Of a stretch of DNA of 64,000 nt, positions 15,557 to 23,681 are shown piece by piece (the stretch's first letter is position 1; each line of letters starts with the position of its first letter). Made by a program: the position numbers and the translations under genes. The stretch lies in IMG/VR virus record IMGVR_UViG_3300027861_000001, positions 64,001 to 128,000 of that record; one strand, 5' to 3'. This DNA is from a virus. The notes beneath the pieces are model-generated. The model had not been told where the DNA came from. It worked only from the letters and a program-made list of their open reading frames with translations, and did no database searches.

Positions 15557-15894
15557 TTCCACTCTGTTGTCCAACACTTATATCGTTCGTCACAATAATC
15601 ACACTTTTTTGTATTTTTAGTTCTTTTTCTACAATCAGAAAAAAACATATCATCTTCAACTGGAGCAGCTAGATCACTACCTATAAACATAATTTGCTCC
15701 ATAGACACTGTTGAAGGACAACCATTTGCACAGATAGAAAGCCCACTACCAGCACTAACGTTAATAGTAGTACCATTACCACGATTAGCTGAATAAAGAT
15801 AATCGTCTGTTTTCCGCATTCTATAACTTTCCTTGAGGTCCACTAAACTCTTTTTTCTTTCTACGTGTTTTAGGTTTTTCCATGTATCCATCAT
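15553..15894 (-). CDS. Protein with CxxCxxRYxCWT tag (start uncertain)
   Basis: Ends CDYCDERYKCWTTEWK. Confidence 0.7.
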   Translation of the reverse strand: MMDTWKNLKHVERKKSLVDLKESYRMRKTDDYLYSANRGNGTTINVSAGSGLSICANGCPSTVSMEQIMFIGSDLAAPVEDDMFFSDCRKRTKNTKKCDYCDERYKCWTTEWK

Positions 15895-16072
15895 CCATTA
15901 ACCACTTACACTTGTTTTTGTTTATCTCTTGGCAGGGTTGATCGCAAGGTATTTCTACAAAATTTTTGTTAACTATTTTTCCTTCTGCGTTAATATTAGC
16001 TGTAGTACAATACCAAGCCCCATCTCTGTACTCGCAATACTCACATTTATTAGCAATTTGTCTCTGTTTCAT
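15821..16072 (-). CDS. Cys-rich hypothetical protein
   Basis: CEYCEYR...WYC...CDQPC; GAGGG RBS. Confidence 0.65.
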   Translation of the reverse strand: MKQRQIANKCEYCEYRDGAWYCTTANINAEGKIVNKNFVEIPCDQPCQEINKNKCKWLMDDGYMEKPKTRRKKKEFSGPQGKL

Positions 16073-16090
16073 AGCTCACCCTCTTTGTAT

Positions 16091-16380
16091 AGCTCGACAT
16101 GACAGCCAGTGGTGGTTGGTTTCCCAAGAGCAAGACACACCAGTTCTGGTTTTTTCCTTTTTCTTCACTCTTATTGTCGTAAAGCTTAAACTTGAAGGAA
16201 TATTTATTCACGCCCTTCAATCGTGTTAGTCGTACTGTTCTTTAGTCTTAAGTCTGTAAATCAAAGACGGATTTCAGTCCGTTACAGTCATAGAATAGAT
16301 ATAATTCTATTGTTGTACACACCATCACTTCGCAGATAGTACTCGGCTACTTGTTTTCCAGCGTTTACGTCACACAAGCT
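16091..16380 (-). ncRNA. Candidate ~290-nt structured non-coding RNA
   Basis: No minus-strand ORF; ends pair (AGCTTG-TGTGAC...GTCATG-T-CGAGCT); several internal hairpins; 7-8-nt repeat runs. Confidence 0.6.
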
Positions 16381-16391
16381 ATTTATTTTTT

Positions 16392-16904
16392 TTAGTCTAC
16401 AAGATCAGTTGTTGCGTTTATTACTTCTAAACGCATTTCAATCTCGTCTAGAAGATCAATCCACTCCTTCATTCCAGCATTTTTAACTTTCTCATCGTAG
16501 AGTCTTACTACTGTTGGTGTTTTACCTTCCGTAACTCTACTGGTAAAGTTTCTAAGTCTAATTTGTCCGGTGTTGTCGTTCAAGGCTTTATACGTATTAA
16601 TCATTGTTTTTGCCAAACTTCTTCGAAGAATAAGAAGATCAGCAATGGTGTAGGTATCTTTCCCTACTGTTACTTCTATCGTAAGGTTGGTTCTATCTAC
16701 CTGTTTCTTCAACTCACGATACTCCACACCCAAATCCATATTTGCTTGAACTAGTGCCATTATTTCCTTTTTCTGTGTGTCCTCTGATTCAAATAAAGGT
16801 CTCTCAGTTGATACCATTGAAGCGTAGTCCTCAATTCTTTTTCGGTTTGCTTCCATCCTTTTTTCTACGACCTTCAGTTGTTTCAATCCTTGAATGACTT
16901 TCAT
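16392..16904 (-). CDS. Helical coiled-coil protein resembling the DIP1984 family
   Basis: MKVIQGLKQLK...KQVDRTNL...TIADLLILRR...EIEMRLEVINATTDLVD; start trimmed (AGGAG RBS). Confidence 0.65.
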   Translation of the reverse strand: MKVIQGLKQLKVVEKRMEANRKRIEDYASMVSTERPLFESEDTQKKEIMALVQANMDLGVEYRELKKQVDRTNLTIEVTVGKDTYTIADLLILRRSLAKTMINTYKALNDNTGQIRLRNFTSRVTEGKTPTVVRLYDEKVKNAGMKEWIDLLDEIEMRLEVINATTDLVD

Positions 16905-16932
16905 GTTATTCTCCTTCTTTTTAATCTTGATG

Positions 16933-17004
16933 AGCGTCTGACAGGACACGATCCCGTACCCCCAGTTTGGAAAACTAGTATGCTACCAATTACACCACAG
17001 ACGC
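16933..17004 (-). tRNA. tRNA-Gly(TCC)
   Basis: GCGTCTG/CAGACGC-T; CTAGT-TTTCCAA-ACTGG; T loop ATCGTGT. Confidence 0.85.
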
Positions 17005-17037
17005 GTATTTAATTGTATGTTGTTCCCTTACTATTAA

Positions 17038-17066
17038 ATTGTATCATACGCCAAGAAATTTGTCAA
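17038..17066 (-). promoter_or_regulatory. Sigma70-type promoter
   Basis: TTGACA-17nt(AATTTCTTGGCGTATGA)-TACAAT. Confidence 0.8.
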
Positions 17067-17091
17067 GCCTTTGCCTAAATTAATCCAATAC

Positions 17092-17274
17092 CTAGCTGTC
17101 TTTTTCTGCCAATTGTAGTGCTAATGTAGCCAACGCACCTACACAAGTACCGGCTATTGTATACAACCCCTCTCCACTATCTACTGTAGTCCCCAAATAA
17201 GCCGTCAGTATAGCTATAACAATCAGTCCGAAACAAATAACCAAAACCTGTGGTCGCAAAAGCCTCTTCTGCAC
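17092..17274 (-). CDS. Two-TM small membrane protein
   Basis: Two hydrophobic segments; GGGAGG RBS. Confidence 0.7.
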   Translation of the reverse strand: MQKRLLRPQVLVICFGLIVIAILTAYLGTTVDSGEGLYTIAGTCVGALATLALQLAEKDS

Positions 17275-17367
17275 TACAACCTCCCTTTAGTCTCAAAGTC
17301 TCACCCATCTCGAAACGCGTGAGATCACCTCGAAACACTTAAAATTTTACCCTGAAAATTTACCTGG

Positions 17368-17523
17368 TCAACTCGTGATTTTTGCGTTTTTCGTCAGGCA
17401 CATAGAGCATACATACTGGGCAGGTTTTATTTTTTTACCGGCTTGGTCTCTTACCCTTACTAACTGAAACTCAGCCTCACCGCAGTTACTACACACCGTT
17501 CTTTTTAAACCGTCCTTCATCAT
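17368..17523 (-). CDS. 51-aa Zn-ribbon protein (not in ORF track)
   Basis: MMKDGLKRTVCSNCG...YVCSMCLTK. Confidence 0.6.
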   Translation of the reverse strand: MMKDGLKRTVCSNCGEAEFQLVRVRDQAGKKIKPAQYVCSMCLTKNAKITS

Positions 17524-17525
17524 GC

Positions 17526-18116
17526 TTATATCCTTATTATCTGCTTACCCTTCTTTAAAGTAATTTCCAAATTGGTTAATTTCTTCTCTTCAAAATAAGC
17601 AACTCCATAACCTTTATGAATCATTGGTAGTGAAATACAAAACGTATTCTTGTGAAATTTTGTTTTGTAAGCATGGACGTGCCCAAAGACATAAATACTG
17701 GGACTGATATAGTTTAATAAATCCCTCAGAACAAGCTCACCTTTTCCTTCAAACATACCATAAGGTGCCTGATGGGTTACTAGGATATCTACATTAATCA
17801 TATGTGAAATATTAAGAACGCTACGAAAAGTTTTCTTATTTAATAATCCATTTAACCCAGCTATCGCTAATCCATTTATTACTTGATAAGACACTAACCT
17901 AGTAAAGAACTCAGCATTGTCATGATTACCTTTAACAAAGTAACCTTCTTTTTGCCACTTATCTATTATCTTAATGTTCTCTGGTGTTACATCCTCAGTA
18001 GTACCAACGTCTCCAACCGAGATAAAGAAATCAAACGGTTTTTCTGCTTCCAGAACAGCGTCTAATTCTTCAAACTTACCATGAACATCACCTATTAACA
18101 GTATCTTCGTCATCAT
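17526..18116 (-). CDS. Calcineurin-like metallophosphoesterase
   Basis: GDVHG, GDVG, GNHD, TH, GHVH. Confidence 0.9.
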   Translation of the reverse strand: MMTKILLIGDVHGKFEELDAVLEAEKPFDFFISVGDVGTTEDVTPENIKIIDKWQKEGYFVKGNHDNAEFFTRLVSYQVINGLAIAGLNGLLNKKTFRSVLNISHMINVDILVTHQAPYGMFEGKGELVLRDLLNYISPSIYVFGHVHAYKTKFHKNTFCISLPMIHKGYGVAYFEEKKLTNLEITLKKGKQIIRI

Positions 18117-18534
18117 CTAATTTAACCTTACCGTCAGAACCAAACACAAAGTTGAATATATTAATTTGTCGATTGATTCTGTACCCTGAGCGTGTTATCA
18201 CATACTCGCAAAACTTTTTTTCTTCTTCTGTAACTTCTCTTTTAAGCTTCTCTTCTACTAAAGAAATCACTTGTGCGTCGTCCATACCCATAGCGCAAGA
18301 AAGCTTCTCCACTAACGAATTAAAGCTTCTATACAACGTAGCGAGATGGATGTCAAGCATCTGGGCAACCTCTTTAGGGGTGTACTGCTCTTTGAACAAA
18401 TCCAATATTTGCTGTTCCTTTTTTGTTAATAAATCTTGTTTATACAACGTTGAAGCTGCAATATCCAAGTCTAACCTATCATCTTCGCTTACTTTATAAT
18501 AATTCTTAATAATGAATTTAACAATAACTGACAT
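18088..18534 (-). CDS. HTH protein (sigma region 4 / LuxR-like)
   Basis: LTKKEQQIL...TPKEVAQMLDIHLATLYR. Confidence 0.65.
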   Translation of the reverse strand: MSVIVKFIIKNYYKVSEDDRLDLDIAASTLYKQDLLTKKEQQILDLFKEQYTPKEVAQMLDIHLATLYRSFNSLVEKLSCAMGMDDAQVISLVEEKLKREVTEEEKKFCEYVITRSGYRINRQINIFNFVFGSDGKVKLDDDEDTVNR

Positions 18535-18537
18535 TAC

Positions 18538-19281
18538 TTATCGCATCCACGGCTCTAGTTTCCTCGTCTTATCTAAGCAATGTTCTAAGAAGAAGCAGCG
18601 AGAACAGTCTCTTCCAAGGTGTCTAACATATACACCCGACCTCATTTTTTTCTCTAGCTTATCTAGCTCACCAGCCAGCATTTCAAAATCTTTCTCTGTC
18701 CTAGTAGTAACTAAATCCTTCATAGTTCCTAAGTGCCTAAGAATCAGACTACTTTCTGGTTCACCAAACAATTTACGATACGCATAACTATACATAGTAA
18801 ATTGTAAATCAAAGTCTAGTTGAAGTTGTGTAGGTTTCACACCAGTTTTATAATCTATTACTCTTTTTCTATCATCTATTTGGTCTATAACACCGATAAG
18901 TGTATGATTACCTATTGGTAATCCACCACCTGAAAAACCAAAGCGATACTCAAGCTCTTTTGGTGCTTTTATGCCTTTTACAAAGTTATCATAGTATGTA
19001 CCAAGCATTTCTTGACCTTTATCCAACTTTTTTATATACTCATTATTAACTGTATAACTGATGTTGGCTTGTGCATTAGCAGTAATCCACTCAGTCTTAA
19101 ACAGCTTTATCCAAGCATCTCTTGGTAAGTCATTAACATAACCTAAATGAATTGCTTTATGAACAGCTGTACCAAAAACAGATGCGGCTGTTTCTTGTAG
19201 TTGAACTTTCTTTATGTATCGCAAGTAGTATTGATACTCGCAAGCCATAAAACTATTCACCATTGTATACGAAAACCTCAT
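18538..19281 (-). CDS. PD-(D/E)XK exonuclease, Cas4/AddB-like, with Fe-S staple cysteines
   Basis: SYT...C...GTAVH...GVIDQI...VIDYKTG...QFTMY...CSRCFFLEHC. Confidence 0.88.
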   Translation of the reverse strand: MRFSYTMVNSFMACEYQYYLRYIKKVQLQETAASVFGTAVHKAIHLGYVNDLPRDAWIKLFKTEWITANAQANISYTVNNEYIKKLDKGQEMLGTYYDNFVKGIKAPKELEYRFGFSGGGLPIGNHTLIGVIDQIDDRKRVIDYKTGVKPTQLQLDFDLQFTMYSYAYRKLFGEPESSLILRHLGTMKDLVTTRTEKDFEMLAGELDKLEKKMRSGVYVRHLGRDCSRCFFLEHCLDKTRKLEPWMR

Positions 19282-19643
19282 TATACTCCTTTTTCAGTGG
19301 TTGGAATACCACCGGCTCTGCTTATGTGATAATTATCACTTACATAAAATTCTTTGGTTGCTTTCCACACATCCATATCGTTGTACACTTGTCGCATCTC
19401 TCGTTTCTTTTCCTTTATATCTAATCTATACTGGACTAGTGCCAACTTCTGCTCTTCGTTGTTACCAATTATTTTTACTTGGTCTACTATTTTTCCCTTT
19501 TTCTTTGCGTTTAATGCCTCCATAACACACTCTGCCTCATACAACCTCAAATCATCTTCCATTCCTTCACATTCAGCCCTAAGATCAGTTACCCTTCTTA
19601 ACAGCCTCGCATATTCGTCAGTGTCTGGTCTGCTAACTATCAT
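19281..19643 (-). CDS. Coiled-coil hypothetical protein
   Basis: 120-aa helical ORF within the operon. Confidence 0.65.
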   Translation of the reverse strand: MIVSRPDTDEYARLLRRVTDLRAECEGMEDDLRLYEAECVMEALNAKKKGKIVDQVKIIGNNEEQKLALVQYRLDIKEKKREMRQVYNDMDVWKATKEFYVSDNYHISRAGGIPTTEKGV

Positions 19644-19652
19644 AAATCCCCT

Positions 19653-19844
19653 TTACGTTTTTATTATACTTCTACTAAGCATCGGGAGGCCACCAAGGTT
19701 GTTCTTTGGTGTCCAATTTGCATATAACCATTTAAGTCCATCATAAACAGTAAGTTCTGGTCTAACCTCTTCATCTACCATATTCCAAAGCTCAAAACAA
19801 GCCTCAAACCACGCGTCCGATAAATTGCTATCCATCTGATTCAT
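19653..19844 (-). CDS. Hypothetical protein (start uncertain)
   Basis: Fills the gap after recA. Confidence 0.5.
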   Translation of the reverse strand: MNQMDSNLSDAWFEACFELWNMVDEEVRPELTVYDGLKWLYANWTPKNNLGGLPMLSRSIIKT

Positions 19845-20847
19845 CAACCTCGTCATCTTGATTTTGTTCAATAGAAACGATGGACTCCGCAAGATATTTT
19901 ACCTTCAACTCTTCTTCAAACTCAGGATGTTCTAATACATAATCAGCAACTTTGCTCAAACCTTGCCACCTTAACTCAGTGCCATAATTATACCATGCTC
20001 CAGACTTTTCTAATATATTTGATTCTACACAAACCCTAAGTAAATCTTTAGTTTTATCAATACCTGTTAAATGACAAACATCAAACTCGGTAGTTCCGTG
20101 CGGTGTTACGTCGTCAAATTTAGCTTTCTGAACAATAACATCACTTATATGTCTTGCGTTTACTTTATCCACATCATGCTTATTCATTCTAATTTTCAAG
20201 TCTGTGTAATACTGTAACGCTCTACCACCAATGGGTTTTTCATATGCCATGAAGCTAGACCCCGACATGTCTATTCTTAAATGATTAACAACGATTAAAA
20301 TAGCCTCTCTAGTCCTAAGAACAATATTATTTTTATCCAAAAATCTACTTATTAATCTAGCTTTAGCACCTATCGCGTTATCGTCCGGTGTTAAACCACC
20401 TATAGAATCAACTATAAATACCTTAGCGTCTGAGTTTCTTAAAAGTTCGCTAAGAACATCAAGAGTGTCTTCTCCGTTGTCTGTCCTCCAAACAACCCAA
20501 TTATCAGAATTAACATCTACTCCGATAGATGTTGCATGCTCTGCTGAGTATGTTTCTAACGGAATTAAAACAGTCTCTAATCCTGCCCCTAAAGCACTTG
20601 CAGATATATGATAAGAAAGAGTAGTTTTTCCTGCCCCCTCTGGGCCATATACCTGAACAATAGTACCACCAGGAATACCACCGCCTAGAATTCTGTCTAG
20701 GCTTAAAATACCAGTAGGTAGCTTCCAACTAGCTTTACCTGTTGGAATATCAACACCAATCTTCTTTTTCTTTTTGTCTTTAGATGCCGGTTTAGCATCA
20801 TTCTCCTTTTTTATGGTTTGAACTATATCTCTTGCACTTTTCCCCAT
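19828..20847 (-). CDS. recA: RecA-like recombinase
   Basis: TGILSLDRILGGGIPGG...VYGPEGAGKTT...IVDS...GGRALQYY...SGAWYNY. Confidence 0.92.
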   Translation of the reverse strand: MGKSARDIVQTIKKENDAKPASKDKKKKKIGVDIPTGKASWKLPTGILSLDRILGGGIPGGTIVQVYGPEGAGKTTLSYHISASALGAGLETVLIPLETYSAEHATSIGVDVNSDNWVVWRTDNGEDTLDVLSELLRNSDAKVFIVDSIGGLTPDDNAIGAKARLISRFLDKNNIVLRTREAILIVVNHLRIDMSGSSFMAYEKPIGGRALQYYTDLKIRMNKHDVDKVNARHISDVIVQKAKFDDVTPHGTTEFDVCHLTGIDKTKDLLRVCVESNILEKSGAWYNYGTELRWQGLSKVADYVLEHPEFEEELKVKYLAESIVSIEQNQDDEVDESDG

Positions 20848-21386
20848 ATCCTATCCTCCGAAATAACTTCGACTTTTACTCCTGCATCCCTTAACATGTC
20901 CTTACTTTTTAATCCTACTTTCCAAGCCTCAGTCCACTCTACACAAACTATCCTAGCTATTTTTGCGTTAATTAACTCTTTAGCACAATTAGGACATGGT
21001 ACAGGACAATAACAATAAAGTGTTGATCCCTCTATAGAAACTCCGAATCTGGCTGCTTGACAAATTACATTTGCTTCAGCGTGTACTGCTGGACAATGCT
21101 CCATCCCCTCTCCAGATGCGTATCCCATTTCTCTCCTAGGACAAATATCACTTTGTTTTGTAGGTTTGTAATCACCCTTACTGTCTCTGTACTCACAATG
21201 AGTAATACCAGAAGCAGGTCCATTATACCCAGTAGAAACTATGTGATTGTCTTTAACCGCAACAGCCCCTATTTTCCTAGATAAACACTTACTGTGCTCT
21301 GAAACTAAATTAGCTACCTTTAAAAAATGAATATCTAGTATTAACTGTCTTTGTCTTTCTTCTGCTACTGTTCTGTTACTAGTCAC
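20823..21386 (-). CDS. dCMP deaminase
   Basis: TGYNG, HAEAN, PCPNC. Confidence 0.92.
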   Translation of the reverse strand: MTSNRTVAEERQRQLILDIHFLKVANLVSEHSKCLSRKIGAVAVKDNHIVSTGYNGPASGITHCEYRDSKGDYKPTKQSDICPRREMGYASGEGMEHCPAVHAEANVICQAARFGVSIEGSTLYCYCPVPCPNCAKELINAKIARIVCVEWTEAWKVGLKSKDMLRDAGVKVEVISEDRIWGKVQEI

Positions 21387-21405
21387 TTATTACCGTCTCC
21401 AATCA

Positions 21406-23340
21406 TTATTTTGGTATTAAATATAACTGTTGCCTATCTGTATTATCTTCGGGGTGGTTTTCTCCACCCCACGCATCTTTAATTTCCAAATCCACTAATA
21501 TAGGAACTTGTTTAAGGAATTTCCTTGCACCTTCAATCATGGTATCATTAACAATGCGAGCCGCTATTATTGCATTTTCTTCAGGAACCTCAACGCACAC
21601 CTCATCATGAATTGTGTTTACAAGTCTACCACCAATTTTTTGTAGTGGATAGAACATTAGAATAATGGCTGTTTTCGTCATGTCAGCACTTGTACCTTGA
21701 ATTGGATGATTTTTTCCAACTCTTATATAATAATTTTCCAACCTTCTACGCTCTTTAAAGTCAATGTCCCTTTTACTAAGGTCTGGAAACCACCTACAAC
21801 GCCCACCAACAGTTCTAGTTAATCCTTTCTCTAAAGCCTTATTACCTGCGTTAGTTAAGTACTCAATCAGAACACTGTAAGTATTTTTATATCTTTCCAA
21901 ATGTTCAGCAGCCACACTTAAACTACAACCTATTCTTTCGGACAAGGTTTTAACTTCCATTCCATAAATGATTCCAAAGTTCAAAGTTTTTGCTGCCCTA
22001 CGAAGATCATCATCAACGTCCTCAGTATCATACATGTCTCTGGCTGTTGACCAATGCAAGTCTTCACCTTTAGCAAGAGCAGCTAGCATTAATGGATCAC
22101 CACTCAACTCAGCGGCTAATCTAAGCTCTATTTGAGAATAGTCAGCCACAATAAACTTACAACCTTTCTCTGGAACAAAACACGCTCTCAAGATTTTTCC
22201 GTCTTTTCCCTTCTTCTTTATATTCTGAAGATTTGGGTCTGAGCTGCTAAGTCTACCACTATCTGTCCCAGTTTGATGAAATCTGGCGTGTATCCTCCCA
22301 TCTTTAGCAATGTGCCCAAGCAAGCTCTCTCCGAATGTCTTTTCAACCTGCTTAACTTCCCTATAATCAACCAAGCTTTTTATAATTTGTTTCTTTTTAT
22401 CGTCATCACACATAGATATAGCATAAAGCAAAGTAGCGTTATTGGTCAATCCTTTTCTAGTTACTTTATTAGCTCTATTTAAGTCAATTCCTACCGCATC
22501 AAATGCTTCATTTACTTGTTGCCAACTATCTAGATTAAGAACTGGTGGTGGTTTAGGAACAGCGTTATTTTTGTACGGTGTTCCATCCTTCTTTATCCTC
22601 ACAGGTTTTGGTGGAGGTGGTAATGGAGCAGGAAGCTCATCACGTAAGAACCGACTCAAATTAAACACTCTCTCATTAATTTGTACTAATGTTTTTCTCC
22701 ACTTAACAGCATCAAGCTTTATACCAGCAATCTCCATATGAGCAATAGGTTCTATTAACCTAAACTCTAGGTTCGATATGGCAGTCATCTTAAACTCTTT
22801 TATATACCTTTGCTGATTCTTCATGATATCAATTAGATACCAAACATCCAGCGCGGAATACTCTAACTGCTCGTCAGTAAAAACACCATTCTCGTGGTCG
22901 AAGTCAACAAACGTTTGCCTTACCTGCTTATCAAGAGTAACATCACAATACTTCTTAACTAGCTGTAATAAGTTTGTGCGAACATTGTACATACCAGCAT
23001 GTAGTAATTTCTCAGCAATTTGTGTATCATATATTCCCTTTACTGATATGCCAGCTTTAACATATAACATTTTGTAATCAAAATTTGCATTTTGAATAAT
23101 TTTAGTATATGCTCTATCTTCTAACACTTCCTTAAGTGGGGATAAATCAACCTTCCTTGCATCAATTACGTATGCCACATCACCAACCAACAACTGAACA
23201 AGCAACAGTTTAACGTTATCATCTAAATAATCTAGTCCAGTAGTTTCTGTATCTAGAGGAATAAATTGTTGTTTCTTTGCTTCTTCAACTATATTAGGAA
23301 CGTCTTCTTGTTTAATAATATATTTGTATATTAAGTCCAT
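21406..23340 (-). CDS. polA: Family A DNA polymerase with 3'-5' exonuclease domain
   Basis: DTETTG, GRLSSSDPNLQN, DYSQIELR, RRAAKTLNFGIIYG, IHDE. Confidence 0.96.
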   Translation of the reverse strand: MDLIYKYIIKQEDVPNIVEEAKKQQFIPLDTETTGLDYLDDNVKLLLVQLLVGDVAYVIDARKVDLSPLKEVLEDRAYTKIIQNANFDYKMLYVKAGISVKGIYDTQIAEKLLHAGMYNVRTNLLQLVKKYCDVTLDKQVRQTFVDFDHENGVFTDEQLEYSALDVWYLIDIMKNQQRYIKEFKMTAISNLEFRLIEPIAHMEIAGIKLDAVKWRKTLVQINERVFNLSRFLRDELPAPLPPPPKPVRIKKDGTPYKNNAVPKPPPVLNLDSWQQVNEAFDAVGIDLNRANKVTRKGLTNNATLLYAISMCDDDKKKQIIKSLVDYREVKQVEKTFGESLLGHIAKDGRIHARFHQTGTDSGRLSSSDPNLQNIKKKGKDGKILRACFVPEKGCKFIVADYSQIELRLAAELSGDPLMLAALAKGEDLHWSTARDMYDTEDVDDDLRRAAKTLNFGIIYGMEVKTLSERIGCSLSVAAEHLERYKNTYSVLIEYLTNAGNKALEKGLTRTVGGRCRWFPDLSKRDIDFKERRRLENYYIRVGKNHPIQGTSADMTKTAIILMFYPLQKIGGRLVNTIHDEVCVEVPEENAIIAARIVNDTMIEGARKFLKQVPILVDLEIKDAWGGENHPEDNTDRQQLYLIPK

Positions 23341-23681
23341 TAAAGTGTCCCATCAGCACTAGTATATGTATAAGGCCCAGTTGTTGTTATAGTTGTCGTA
23401 TCGTAAGTAGGGTTGCTTGTTGTAGCCCAAGAACTCCCACCGTCCGAATACGTATACGGAATATTCCAAGCAGGTGTACTAGGATTAAGATTATCTTTTA
23501 GATGTTCTACTATTTGAATCAATGCAGCTTCTCTGCCTAACCCTTGTGCCATAAGAGCCTCAAACATTCCTTGAAGATTGTCATCTGAGAATATCTTCTC
23601 TTGCGTAAAACATTGAAATCTTTGATCACAAGTCTCACACAAACATTTTTTGGTTCCAGCTTTACTTTTGTGGTTTATCAT
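23340..23681 (-). CDS. Protein with N-terminal CxxCxxRFxCFT tag and Thr-rich tail
   Basis: CETCDQRFQCFT; start trimmed to MINHK. Confidence 0.65.
   Translation of the reverse strand: MINHKSKAGTKKCLCETCDQRFQCFTQEKIFSDDNLQGMFEALMAQGLGREAALIQIVEHLKDNLNPSTPAWNIPYTYSDGGSSWATTSNPTYDTTTITTTGPYTYTSADGTL

Noticed and set aside
1340-15894. CxxCxxRFxCWT-coding DNA as a recombination site (attC or shufflon-like)
   Set aside because: Variation is largely synonymous or at the x positions, there is no inverted-repeat structure, and no site-specific recombinase is in the window.
16091-16380. tmRNA, RNase P RNA, group I intron or CRISPR array as the identity of the non-coding element
   Set aside because: It has no tRNA-Ala-like ends, no GAGGAAAGUCC P4 signature, no recognisable group I core and no repeat-spacer periodicity.
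1580-16949. Long N-terminal extensions of ORFs 1340, 4197, 6333, 7949, 10930, 11351, 14668 and 16392
   Set aside because: The extensions are translations of tRNA genes; starts were trimmed.
18538-19281. Cas4 as part of a CRISPR-Cas system
   Set aside because: No array or other cas genes are present; it sits with recA as a typical phage recombination exonuclease.
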